DNA from: Intoshia linei
Taxonomy: Eukaryota > Animalia > Orthonectida
Length of the DNA stretch: 32,317 nt
Reading direction: 5' to 3'
Assembly: GCA_001642005.1 (NCBI GenBank)
Contig: LWCA01000325.1
Location: 1 to 32,317, forward strand
Shown here: positions 7,879 to 22,800 of the stretch, piece by piece
How positions within the stretch are numbered: position 1 is the stretch's first letter
How the letters are laid out: the number at the start of each line of letters is the position of its first letter
Made by a program: the position numbers and the translations under genes
The notes under the pieces: model-generated
Databases searched by the model: none
The model's input: the letters and a program-made list of their open reading frames with translations, nothing else
Told to the model about the DNA's origin: nothing

Positions 7879-10800
7879 TCAATCCAGACTTAACAAGAGA
7901 GCAGTGCCTCTTTTAATCCAATATTCAGGTGTTTCAGTTCCTGTTTTAAGGTCTACGGAAACGACATATGATGATCTGTAGACATTTCCAGCTCGATTTG
8001 GATAATAGTAACAGGGACAAATATAAATATTTTTTTGGTTTCGTCTTTTAACTTCAGTGGGTTTAAAATGAATTGTAGGCATTGGACTGATTAATTGCAT
8101 TGGGTTTGATTCAATGATTACCGAATTTTTCTTATCCCATGCTGATCCTTGCAAATAAAATCCATTCAAATACACACCTTCCTATATTATTAATATTGTA
8201 CCCGTAAAAATTTTGTAATTATAATTTACCTTTGGTTTTTCTATTATATTGGAATCGTCAACTGTTAAGACATTAAATTCCCAACCCAAAGTGTCAATTG
8301 ATATCTAAAATAATTCAATTATGATAATTAGAATTATTAATTAAATTCGCCTGTCTGGTTATCGAATATAAAACATAATGTATTACAATACAATTACAAT
8401 TAAATTATAAAACTAATAATTACATTTTTATTTCGAACATAAATCTGCAAAACACAAGTTAAAAATCCAGTTGGATAAGTAAATGCAGAAATCCAAAAAA
8501 TATTGGGAGGATGAGCAGTTTCAGCCCATCTATTAAACATTTTGACTCTATTATCTAAGTCTCTAGTCCAGGACCCTAAACTTTTCATGGAAGGATAAAT
8601 AAGTTTCCAATGAGAGGGTACAGTAGCATTAGAAATACATGTAAATATTTCTTCCATTTTAGTGGACATCACAATCAATCCATTTATAGCTTTAATTAAT
8701 TCAGTTAAATTTCCGCGTATTAAATCTAACAAACAATTGTACCGTTCAATTTCTTGTAATAAAACCACATTCAACGGTGAAGTGTCACTTCCGATAATTT
8801 TTTTGGTAGCATCAAAATCAATATTATTAGGAATTTGATTCAATATAATATTACATACACCTAGTACATTCTTTTCAATATTTTCAACAGAGTTACTATA
8901 ATCTTGAGGATGAAGAGATAATAATGTCAAAAATAAATTCTTAGTTTCTTCAATTTGAGAAGTTACCTCAGCATTGACGTGCTGCCCAAAAAGCTCTGGA
9001 ACATCGACAGCTGGTAGTTGTTTTATTAAATCAATATAACTGCTCATTGGCCCATCTTTGGGTATGTAATAGGATGGTAAACTTGTAAGTTTACGTTGTG
9101 GTACATTAATAACTTCATCGTTAAACATGTCATTTATATATGTCATTAAAAGCCTTCTATCAAATTCATCCGTAATGTGACCACCATATGAAATTCCAGC
9201 TATTAAAAATTTAAGAGCTTCCCATGGAGGAGAATCATACTCCTCTAAATATATACATAGAATATTTTCGGATACTTCAAAATCTGAATCATTAAATTCG
9301 TAAGGAATGTTCCATCCAAGCATCATAAACTTTTTCCTTTCTATAATGACAGAATGGAAAAAACAAAGACTGTATAATAATTTTTTATAAGTGCCAATCT
9401 TTTGACATCTTTCAAATTGGTCTTCGTTCAAAAATGAATAAAGACGTTGCATATTTGTAGCTATACCTTTTGGAGGTTCGGTAGTAATTTTGATGCTGCT
9501 TTGGAGTATAGATATCGGGAATTTATCTATTGGTTTACTAGATAACCATAACCGAAAATCTTTATGAGGGTTTTGGTGTTCAATATTTTCAATTATTTTG
9601 TACAATTGAGGCATCCAATCTAGAGAAAGATGACAATTTGCTAAAAATAGCCATACACCTTCTCGAAGGCTTTCTAAAATCATCCTTTTGGCTATCGGTG
9701 CTTGACCTTGGCCTAAAGATAGAGCTTGGAATTTATTGGTCATGTTTACACTATCAGCTAAATTTAATAATGTGGATGTAGGATCAACCCCAGTTGCTAA
9801 GATGAAAATTATAGGTGTGTGACAATTTGATTCTTCGATAATTTGTTGCATAGGTAGTATGGGAGGATTGGTGAAACGTAGTCCTAAACTATTGACAATG
9901 AACATGTTTACACAAAATGCAACGCGATCAGATCTTAAAGACCTTACAATCAATATTTTTTGTAATTCGTTACACCCATTGTCCCATTCTCCTGGTAATG
10001 GTGTCGTTTCAGGTGAACTGGATGTGAACCAAATGTGCCAATCTCGTGCATACTGCTCAAAAGAACTGATAATACCATGAAAATTTGGCAATTTGTCCAA
10101 TTCAGATATGTTATCCCATGAAGAATCAGGCAGCCAATTTGAACAGGGATTGTCCATTTGATTTTCTCTATTTACCACAATTCCACCACGTAGAAAAAAG
10201 TTGTACTCGTCTTTATTTAATTTCCCTGCAGCCTCAATGATTTTAATACACATGTGGAAAGAAAACATAATTTTATGCCTTTTAAACAAACCACGACAAA
10301 CAAATTTATAAACCGCATAAGTATGATAATTATTTAAATTAAGTATCCTTTCTTCCAATTTAGTAGTTTTGGGACTTGCCAAAATGGAATCAATAAATAA
10401 TGCAATATACGAATCTAATGAAAATTGGTACATTGGATCAATTTTACCCATATCGTTTAATACAAAAAATAAAATTGACCCCCTTTCCGCGCATGGCGCA
10501 TATGCTTGTCGAGCAATGTCTATATTTTTTTCAGTTTTTTCGGCGATTTTTAATTGATCTGAAATTTCCTGTGATGTTTCTTTCGACGTTTGTAGAGTAT
10601 TTATTAAATTTTCATCATCCAATAAAGACCCTGTGGCATCGTTTAATAGTTTTAATATTTCACTTTCCAAATTTTTAAATTTTTTCTTTTTGGAAGCTAT
10701 GCTCAGCACTAGACTGTCCTTTTGTTCTTCTAATTCAGGTTTTTCCTTTCTAACGACAATCCCCAAAAGCTGATATTGTAGACCTTGCTCTTTAACAGCA

Positions 10801-13800
10801 AAATTAATGATTGATGTATTAGAAGAAATTTCGGGATGATAATGCGGATTAGAAAGTTTAGTTGTAATATAAAACTTGAAATTTTGATGATAATCTATGA
10901 ATTTGTCGTTAAATTTAATAACATTTATTCCATTTTGATTATGTATAGCTTTATTTAAAATTGGATTCAATGCAGGGTCCAAAGTTTCTCCTACATTATT
11001 GCAGAGTACTGGAAATCCATGCTGTATAGCAATTTCAATCACCTTTGTATAATTAGATTGTTCTAAATCAATAATTTTGAGATTGTTTGATTTTTCCATT
11101 GATACTATCCATTGAAATGCTTGATCCTGTGGATCAATCATCAATGGGAATCTACTTGAATATGTCGCAATTACACCATTTTGAGTTGAAAAATTATCTG
11201 ACGGTAAACCTTGTATATTCCAATCTCGAACTTTTGTAGGATCTACCATAAATTCGTTAAAATTAAATTTAGGATTGAAAAGAATTTCCTGGTTTTTTAA
11301 TTCACTCATCCATAGACTTTCAGACATTTCATACCGATAAGATGATAAAAACGGACCAAGGTAAGACAAAAACCCTGCGGCAATAAGAACGTCTCCACAT
11401 AAAAATGTCATTTTTTCTTTTAAATCCTTTACAGTTTCAATCCATCTAGTTTTTTCTGAAGCTAATCCTGTCACCAATTTTGAAGCCCGGTCCAACATAA
11501 TTTCTGTATGTTCAGCTTTTCTCCGAAGTTCGTCTTTTTGAGATAACTTTTCTTCGTATTCATGTTTCAAATCCTTCATTTTTTGTTCAACTTCAGTCAA
11601 TTTCTCTTTTGCTTCCCTCAATTGATTCTGTTTTTCATTCAATTGTTGTTGTGCTGCGTTTAGACGTTGTCTTTTAGGTTCTACAACTCTATAAATTTTT
11701 GCATAAACATCCATTGCTCTAACCCACATGCACAATGACTTTGCAGCAGTTGACACCCTTCCAATTATATCTGGATGAAAATCTGTTTGTGAACAGTATT
11801 GTCCAATTTTTTTCATTACTTTATCGCTTATATTATCTTTATCAAAATTCATCAATTGTTTAATAAAATTTGCGTCTCCAATTTGTTTTTTCGCTTCAGC
11901 CCATGTTGGTTCTTGACATCGCAAAATCATGACTGCTTCCAAAACTTTTTCAACTAAAGCTGGAGGTCTACCATAGGATTTTATTTCTGTCATATCTTTT
12001 TTATTTAATGATTCCAAAGCTAATATAGCTTCTTGGAGAGCTGGAAGTGCTTCATCCAAATCATGTTGAGCTAAATCAGCCATATGTTTACATTTTACTC
12101 CTTCTTCAGCAATTTTTTCACTTTTTTGACTTACAAACTTTTGCTGCTCATCTGCTTCACGTTTTTGTTGGACAATTACTACTAGATATTCTTCACATTG
12201 TTTCTGGAATTGAGATACTTTCGTTTTTGCTTCTTCTAATTCTATTGACATGGCTTCCACCTTTTCGCGTGTTTCATCTATTTTTGATAAACCGTTGCAA
12301 AGTTTTGTAGAAGCGGAACCCAATGTATCTCTTTTTTCATACAATAATCTAATTAATAAAATTATATAATAAATATTTGAATTGACAAATAGACAATTAA
12401 AATAATCGACTTTGCCGTGTCACACGACCCGTGATTTAATCAGATAAAGCATACATTTATTACGCGTTTCATAGGTCTAAAAAGTCTAGTAAAAATACCT
12501 TTCTACAAATAAAAAATATATCAACAACAATTTTCAGAAAATTAGAAAAAAAAGCATCCAAATTAAAAGACAACATTTGTAAATTCGTTCATTATTTACA
12601 TATATCCGTGAGATATTCAACTCATTATTTGACTAATAGTCAAATATGAGTGGTTCTCAACCTTTTTTATCTCGCAACCCCTCCTGTTTACGAAAAACCA
12701 AAAATTTCACGAGACTTCACTTATTTTAATTATTAATTTCACGGGGAATTTCACATTCAAAAATACAATTAATTTTATTGTGATTATTGTATTTAGAGCT
12801 GAGCCTATAGTATCGATGCTCCTGTTGGGGGATTGAAAAAAGTTTTTTAAAATGGGGTCTCATTCATCCCAAATGAGCATTAAAAATGATATTTTTGAAT
12901 ATTACAACTATTCTGTGTGTGAAATATCAAATCTAGGCCAATGAAAAGGTAGATAGGATTATATCATATATGACTTTTAGCATCATTTCCGAAAAATTTA
13001 TTAAACTTTTTTATAGATTTAAATAATTTCAACTTATCGCGACATCATTAGTGGCCACTACCCCTAGGTTGAGAAACCATGTCATATAGTTTATTGATTA
13101 TAAATATAAAAAACATTAAATCTTAAAAAAATTTGTAAATTTAATTTTAAGAAGATTCAACCTCTTATATCCTGCGGCAAGATCTAAATAATTTTTTTGG
13201 GTAATGTATGTTTTTCTTTTTATTTCATTGTTCATTTTAATGCTATATTCTTTAGCTGTCTTGTGTACGTATGTGAATAAATGACTCAAATTTTTCTTTA
13301 CCTAAAATTAAAAATACATGCAAAATTATTAAATGTTAATAATTACTTTTTGAACATTTTCATCCTCAATAGTTTCGATATATTCATATGCAACTTGGCT
13401 AAGGCTTTCGTCAGATAAATCATTTATCCAGTCAATGGTTGTGCAATTTATGAGAGCTGGAAATTTTCGAATTCGATTTCTAAATTTTATTTCATATTAA
13501 TAATCACATAAAAACAACTACCTAAAAGATTCGCCAATGGGACTAACACATAAAATAATGTGTAGATTATCTTTAACATTTTCCATAAACGTTTTTAATA
13601 TCAAATTAGTGGAATCTTTTGAATCCTTTATATTTAACGATTCAGAAAGTTCGGTGCATATCTAAAGTTTTGGATAAATTTAATTGTCCTTCATTGAAAA
13701 ATATTGCTGACGAATACTTCGTAAAAATTGCTAATTCATAGAATAAAATATTAAAAGTTTTCACTGACTCACTATTATAATTCTTGATGTATGTAGTATA

Positions 13801-16800
13801 ATAATTATCATTATTATAATAACATAATATTTATATAATTACAAATATAAAATAATCATAAATTGAAAAACCTGTTCAATTTCATCAGCTTTATAGATAT
13901 TTGGTAATTCATCTGAACTAAGAATATTACTAATATCGACTAAAAACGATTCATTTCTGATATCATCATCTGTAAGTAAAAATACAGTTGGTTTTTTATC
14001 GATGCCAGTTTGCCAATACAATTTTTTGATATCTATTCAAATTTTATAAAAGCTAAAAAGTCAATTGAACCTTCTCTAAATTCATTAAGTCGGTAATTCA
14101 TAGTAATTTCAATTTTATAAATTGAATATTTATAAATATATGAAGCCAAAGTTGAAAAAGATTGACGACCACTACCGCCGATTCCAATCAATATCAAATT
14201 TCCTCTCCTTTGTCCAATTATTCTGCAGATACGTGAAACTAAAATATATATTGAACAAAAATAATAAAATAATACCGTGTTCCAAAACATCCCGTAATAA
14301 CACCAACGTTAAAGTAGATTTTTCCGTTTTATTATGATTTTCCATATACTCTCCAATTTTGTTTTTCAATTCAGTTTCATCTGAAATATCTTCGTAAACA
14401 CTTTCCTGAGACATGTAATCTCCAAAAATTGGTGGAATATGACCGGGACAAATATTATGAAAAGATAAATTGAATAAGTTTGCTATTTTTTCTGTAATAA
14501 GTTGAACAAATTTTTCCTTGTCAGATACACTGTTTAAACGATCTGAAAATGTTCTAAAACATTCATGAATCCATAATCTAATTAAAACATTTTTTGTATC
14601 ATGATAACTCTTGTTTGCTCTCAATAACCCTTGAAATATCCTTGAAATATCTCTCATATTAAAAGAATAATGCATTTTTGCTGGAGTCGGTAAAAAGGTA
14701 TTTTTTACAGATTCGTACAATTGTATAGTTGCATCTGTAATAATTTCTCCAATTGGTTTTAACTCTTCTTCAAATTCTTGCAAACATTTACTAAACATTG
14801 AACCAAATATTCTTTTAATTTGAGATTCCTGAGGGAATGGTATGTTTATAACGTGAAAATTATTTATTATTCGTTGTGAAATTTTCATTCTACCTCCTCC
14901 GGGTGGACCCATTGCGCACATTAATGATGTTTTTTTGATATTTTTGATGTTTTGTTTTTTTCTATCGTACCAAAACCCGTTATCCATCCATAATCTCATC
15001 AATTCTAGAGGAGGTTGTGATCCATAGTCATCTTTACATGGCATATTAAAATCATCCATAAATATAAGCAATTTTTTCCCACTAGGCGGTACATATACTC
15101 CTTTTGTCCTCTTTTCTACGCAATTTTCAATCATACTTTGTACATCGCTTGATGTTGTCTAAATTCTTGTCAATAATTACATATCGACTACATAAAACGT
15201 CACTGAATTTGAGTTTTGTAAAATATGACAATATTTGAAACTTACTTAAATGAAATAATAACATATCTAATTGACCGAAATTTAAAACTGTATTTAAAAA
15301 TTCTAAATTCAAAATTTTACATAGACTAAAGCAGTGCTGAATCTATTATACCCGAGACCCTCTTTGGGGGTCTCGACAAAATTTTTGTAAAATAAGAGCC
15401 TCATTTTTCCAAATTGAGCATTAAAAAAATTATATTCATGAATATAATAAATAAATTATTATATTAATATTAAGTAATATTAAGATTAAGATTAAGAATA
15501 TTAATTATAAAAATTAATATCATATAGCCCGAGCCACCTTCGGTCTGGGCTTGACAGTTTAAATTTGACACACTGTGATAGTCAAAATACAATTTTATAT
15601 ATGTTGAATTTGGGAAAATGAGGGACCATTTTACAAAAAGTGTTTCAAGTTTCCCAAAAGGGGCATCGGTAAGGTTGATTCGGCGATTTTATCAATATTT
15701 ACGATTTTTAAATTATATTTTTAATTCAATTTTCAATTTTTTCAAAAATTTTTTTAATAAAAATTGTGGACCAAAGTTTGGTACGAACATTTAACTAACC
15801 AAACCATAACATAATCTATACTTTATAAATGAAAACAATAAACTTTACCTGAGCTGATAAGTTTATAACCAAAATTTTGTAATTTTCTTTTTCACGAATA
15901 GAACAAACAGATTTAGCTACACTCGTTTTCCCTGTTCCAGTTGGACCAATAAACAGTATTGGGATATTGGATGAAAGTGCAACTTGCGCCAAAAAACTGT
16001 ATCTAACAACATCGACTGTTGGTACAATTAATTTATGGAAAGGAGCAGATTCGTCATATTTCCATCCACTCCTAAGTTCTTCCTCCCAATGGGTCCATGT
16101 TTTAGTTTTCTTATTAAAAAAGTATTCATATATTGTATCTTTGTTGGGAAACGATCCGTCCAGTTCTCGAATAAAATTATCAATTTTTTTCCTATTATCA
16201 TCATTCTCCAAACAACAAAAAGACCAAATCAAGCAAAATTGAAATAGCATTGATATTGAGCTTAAATATTGAGGATTACTTTCATCATCCATTAAATATT
16301 CAGATTTAAGTAAATTGTCAAATAAATTACACAATGATTTAACAGCGCTCATATTCGAAATTGATACAATTCCGACACATTCATTCATTTTTTTAAATTC
16401 GCAAATTTTTAATATGTATTTTTGAAAGAGATTATTGAGTTCTGTTACCATAAGCTTAGATGTTTTTTTAGCTAACCATGAAGCGACATATGGTTCCCAG
16501 CCAAGGTTGACCATTTCGAAATATACCATGCCTGATCGACTTACTGTCCCAGGTGAAGCTACATCTAAATTTTCAGTCTCAAATAATAAACTGACTGTAT
16601 CTGGTAGACCTATTCTTTCTCCATTGGCTAAAGTCAATATTTTGTTATCATCCATAACCGAATTGATGCTTTCAACCCACATTGTGTCTACGGGTCCATC
16701 AAGTAAACACCATTTCTCGTCATCATGTGTATCTGCACAAATGTTTCGTATAATACTAGAGAGTATTCCATCTGTCCACTCTGAAGTTGTAAGGTCATAA

Positions 16801-19800
16801 AATCCATAGAGTTCAGCCAGAGAAACAGATTTAGGGTTTACAATGAAGGTTTTTATACATTTAGTGGGAGTTTGTGTTTTGTACATTTTATTCAGAGCGC
16901 TTTGTAAAATTGACCAACATGTAGATTTTCCTGACATACTACTACCCACCAACATGGTTGCATGTCGTGAATTTTTAGTTTCGTAAAGTTGAATAACTTT
17001 GGAAACTGTATATTCAATTCTTTGTAACCCTTTTTCTTCAATGGCTGAATAAATGTGCTTTTTTAAATCATTATATGAAATAACTGGCATAATAATCCCA
17101 GGGAACAAATCAGAAATTATAGCGTTAAAAAGGGGTTTGTCTTCATCAACTAACTTTGCCAAAGTCATATTTTTTAGTGAAAGTAATAAGATTTCTTCAT
17201 CTGACATTTCATCTTTGTGTAGCCGCTTTTTTACTCCGGAATACTTCAACATGGAGACTAGTGCCCTTAATTCAAAATCGTAATGACTTTGTTTAGATAG
17301 TTGTTGACGGGATAATGTATATAAAGTGTGTATTTTTCTTGCAATAAGTCGAGTATTTTTAAAACCTTCGCTAAATAATATAATTTCAGCAATTAATGTT
17401 GAGTCTGGTACTACCATGGCAATGGGTCTAAACATTGATTTTAAATTGTCAGGTAGTTCAGTTCTTCCAGAATATCCGGGATTCATTGTGATGAATATTC
17501 CAACAGTAGAAACCATACTAATTTCACAACCTTCAAAAATAAATTTTTCTGCATTAATAGCATGAGCGGATAGAATGGACAAAATTTGTTGAGCTACAAC
17601 AGATAAAACTTCAATATTAATTCTGTTAAATTCATCAAAACAACCCCATGCTCCTGTTTGAACTAACCCTGAAAATATTTTACCCATGGACTTATAATCC
17701 AAACCTTCACTACAGTTAACTATAATGACGTAATTTCCCATTGCTTTTCCAAGGTCTTTTACCGTTTCAGTTTTACCTGTTCCAGCCGGCCCTTTAGGGC
17801 TACCACCTCTGTGTAAATTTAGAGCTGTTGTAAGGGTGATAAAACATCGATCTGTTAAAGGTGTTATTACTAATCGACTACTACTGCCTAAATACTCGTA
17901 ACCATACGTATATTCCGTATTGGTTTGTCTAATGATACAATTATCTTTTTCTCGATCCCAATAAAATCGTAATTGACATAACCATTCAAAAGAAAATGGA
18001 TCAGAACATTTAGAACGCAATAATTTATCAATTATATCCCGAGCATGAACTTCAACCGTCACGAGTGCAACAACTTTCAATCTTAATAATTTAGATATTG
18101 ATTCTCTCAGCAACTCTGAAAATTTATTAAGCATAATGATATGCCGCTTTTTACATGATCTTAAATTTTTAGAATTTCCTTTATCTTTAATAATTCCCAA
18201 TGCTTTTGTTACATCTGCAGTCCATTGAATACTAGCGGCAGTAATACATAATTGACCAGGGTGTTCCTTTATCCACTTATCTCTTTTATTAAAATTTTTT
18301 TTTAAATTGACTTTACACTTTTTTAATTCTTCCTTCATTGTCGATTTCATATTTTTTTCAACATCGCACAACCATGATTCTACAGGTCCATCTAAAAGAG
18401 TGGGCATAATAAATGGAATAACTTCATTATTATCAGACTTCATTGATGTTGCTTCATATCTTGTGAAATTTCCAATTGTATTCATTTCAATTTTATGAAT
18501 ATTATCAAACAGTTTCTTAAAAAAAGGCATAACTGCCAATGGATTTTTAAATTGTCCCAAAATTTCCAATAAATCTTCATTACTAAGAAAGTAAAATCTA
18601 GGGAAAATTTGCCGTTTAGTTTCCAAATACATATCCAGAGATTTTTGAATTTCCTCCAATTTATAATTCATGTGAATCATTTTATTTTGCATTCCCTTAT
18701 ATTGAACACATTTAATTATATTTTTGGTTTGATTAATGTATTGAGTTATTTCTAGCCATGTAATATCAATTTTATCAAAATCTTGAGATTCTTGAGGCAT
18801 TTGTTTTCGAACATCTTCTCCCATGAAAATATTTTCCAAATAAATCCATTGGCGTTGTACTACTAGCATTAATTCAATTGTCTCCAAAACAGACGATAAT
18901 AGTCGTTCCCATTCGTCTACTTTTACTTCAAATGGTTTTACGTATAATGATGACTTCATAGCACTTAATTTAAATTGATTATCTTCTAGTTGCATAAAGA
19001 TATTTTCACTAGATAATATTTTGAAATGACCCTTTTCTTTATATTCCTTTACTACAAAATCTATATTTTTCCACAATGTTTCAATCTCTCCTAGAGACAT
19101 TTCAATTATTTGTTCCTTTACAGCCGAGGCTGCTGTTTCTTCGATGACGGTTTTGTATTGATCAAAGGAATTTTTCACTATAGATTCAACTGTGAAAGTA
19201 ATCGAATTTTCATCAAAGTTTTGACCAATATTTTTGTTAATTTTATTCCAATGTCTAGATCTCATGGCAGGTTTTTTTAAACATTTTATTAAAGGAATTG
19301 TTCTATCTAATTTATTCAATGTATTTTTTGTTGTTTCAATTATTTCCCATTTTTTATCCTAAAAATTTATATATAATCTCAAAAATTTAAATTATTAACA
19401 ATGAAATATGTAAGAGTTTGATAAGTCATGACTCGTGATTAATTAAATGAATTTAATAAATATTGGATCATACGAAAAATAGCTGACCGGCACTGTTATT
19501 TTAACTAACTGTTGTAACTATTGGGACCATATATGAACCCAGGTTCATGAAAAAAATTGGTCAATGGGATTCACGAAATAATATATTTTTTTAGGACTAT
19601 GAAAATAAAATTTTAACTGAAATATATATAATATAAAATATAAATATATAATGTATATAAAAATTAATGTCTGTATGTGTGTTACCATTTAATTTAACAA
19701 TTAAGAGTCCTATAATTAAAAACTCAATTTAAAATTTTCAGAAATTATACCCTTAGAACCAAAATCCCAAATTACTCTTTTTTTTGAAAATGAAAAGTCA

Positions 19801-22800
19801 TAGAATATTATAAAACTTACATTTTAAAATAGTTTAAAAATTATGAGCAATATGATATATTTTCAATGTATGTTAATGCATTTAAAAATATGTTTTTATA
19901 GGGATTAATAGAATTTATATTCTATAAATCGAGTTTAAATTTAAATAATAACTGTCAAAAATCTTATATAAACGTTGAAAAATGCTGAAAAAATAAAAAA
20001 ATCACCTCAACTTCACTAAACAACTGTTTCATTTTCTCGGCGATTTCTACTGCAGAATCTTGCAAAATCTCTATATCAACTTTTGAAAATGGTTCCCTTT
20101 TCCATTCATTCCAAAATTCATTCCATTCAAAATTTAGCTGCCAAATTTTTTTTAAATGTTCAATATCCCTTTCAGCGTCACTGATTTTTTGAGAAATGTG
20201 TAAATCACTATTAAACATGAAAAGTCCATCACTAATGCGCTTTTCATCAATTTTTAAATTTTGTAATGATTTAAGATATCGATTAATTTTAGCTAAAGCT
20301 TCGTTAATATGAATTTGACTTGAAAATGGACCATTAGTTTCAAATTCACTAATAAATGCATTAACAGTCTTTTTAAAATCATCGGCCTGCGACGTTAAAC
20401 ATATTTTAAAACTTTCTTTTTCTTTCTTCAGTCTTTTTTCAATGTCCAGTATATCCTTAGGATAGTTAACTAACCGAATACATAAATCTTCGTACAAACT
20501 TTTTTCACTGTCTGTGAATGTGACGTTATACTTTTTTAAAATGGAAAATTTTTCAGATATAGGTATAAATTTTTCAATAGTTTCGTTCTGTTCACCATTA
20601 ACTTTATCCCATAATTTTAAACTTTCTGCCAATTCTTCCAAACTGCTAGGTGATTTACCCAAGTTTGTTAAATTTTCTGTTAGGTATTTGTCCAATTCAT
20701 TTATATTTTTTAAAAATAGTTCGTATAGCAAGGAAACTAAACTACTTTCCCATTCGTTACAATGCATTAGTAATGTTTCTTTCATTGGTGAACAATCTAA
20801 TAATATCGAATGAATGTTTAATGTTGTTTCTTGTGCTTCTATATTGTTGGAAATTTCAGTATACCTAAAAAGTTAAAATGGTTAAATGATTAGTTTTTAG
20901 ATGGTGTAATGGTTTGAAAAAATAATGACCTTGCGATATCTGCGTCGAAGGAAGATACATGTGGTTCTAATTTTCTGTAACGTTTGATGAATTGTTTTTT
21001 ATCAATATCCCAAATTTCACGATAATTATCCCAAGTGGCAATGTAAGTTTCTAATAATGTTGCATTTTTGTTTATTCCATTGTTTATTTGTAGTAATATT
21101 TTCTTTATTTCCTCATCATGATTAATTACATCCGATATACTCTAATTTAAAATTAAAAATTAAAATTTATAATAATAATTAAAATTACATTTCTATAAAT
21201 ATTGCTTTTCATAAAAATAGTTCTAATTCTTTTAAGATTAGAAATGGAGTGTTTGAAATGAGCTGATAAACTGCTTATAATTCCAGACAAAAATTTCAAA
21301 TTTGGTTCAAATGCAGAAAACTAAATAATAATTTGTTTCTTTTAAAAAAAAGAAAAGAATTTTATTACACAATTCAAACTCATCACAGCTCTAACTTTAA
21401 ACAATGGTTGTATGGTTGTTTTCCCATCACCATTTATTGCAAGAGAGATGACCTGTAAAGATTGTTTGACGTTACTACTTACTAAATAACAAAAAGATTA
21501 AAAAAAATTTAAATTATACGCAAAAAGTCCCAAACCATAGTTCCACCCAGTGGAGCCAATTGGCTAATATATTAAAATTAAAGAGGTACCATAGTTTCAT
21601 AATTTATACGATTATGAAAGGGTCAATTATTCTAAGTTTGGGACCGTTTCTATATAACAAAACATCATACAAGCTTCCTCAATCATATTATCAACAGAGT
21701 CAATGTAATTAATCCAACTATTCTGAACGTCACTTCCGTCATTTTTAAAAAACTTGTATACAGTACAAACAATATCAGAAATTTCGTTATGAATGCTGTG
21801 CAATTTGCTTTCTGTAAGAGATCTATGTCGTTCTTGGGATTGTTCAAATTCTCGATATTCATATACATAATCATCTTCAATACGAAGTAACAAATTTTTA
21901 CTCATACTACGACAATTTTTTTTAATATTCTCGTTGGCTTCTTTGAATTTGTTGACAATGTTTTGTATCCGACTGGTATGAGAGCGACATTCAGATATAA
22001 ACATTTCAGAAATTCCTTTAGAAGCCCATGTGAGCTTTGAAAATCCAGGATAAAGTTTTTTGTCCAAAAATCGGATTCTTTCTTTAAATAATTTTCGTTC
22101 ATTTTCAGAAAGTGTGTTTATTATACTAAATTTAAAATCAATTAAATAAAAATACAAACTTTAAATCATATTTTTCAAATGATGTGCTTTTAAATTTTAA
22201 GGCACGTCGAATACACTGGATGGTTCAGATGAAAATACAATCAATTTATGTGCCAATTCTATAGATTTTCCTTGTCAAAAATTGGATAAAATTAACGCAT
22301 AGTAAAATATTGATGAGCAGACGATATTTTTATATTCTTAATGTTCACAGGTAATATTTGATATTGCGCCAACAATTTTCATCAATTGCTATGCCAAATT
22401 TATAAATTTTCCATGTCTATCATTTCACAAAATTTAGCGAAACAGTATAATAAATATGAATAAGTTACATTTTTATATTTTGACAAACTGTTCAATTCAA
22501 AATTTATATTTATAAATCAAAATATATAACAAAAATCAAAATAAAAAAATGTACAATTTCATCAATATTAAAAATATGACTGACTTAACTAAAATAATAC
22601 CTATACTTGTGAATATTAACTGAATATAACCTATGAAAATAAATCTGTTGCAGAAAAGATACATGGCTAATTAAAAATAAAATACTGGTAAAATATACTA
22701 AATTCATATTAAATTTAGCACAGTGGCAATCAATTAAACTATCCAACATCAGTGGTTCATATCAGAGATTAATTGTATATGTTATAAATTTTTTTATACG

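Noticed and set aside
9859-20868. Plus-strand ORFs antisense to dynein exons (9859, 10369, 10400, 12047, 14122, 15967, 16035, 16435, 17053, 17326, 18307, 20514, 20650)
   Set aside because: Shadow ORFs of long coding exons with no recognisable domain.
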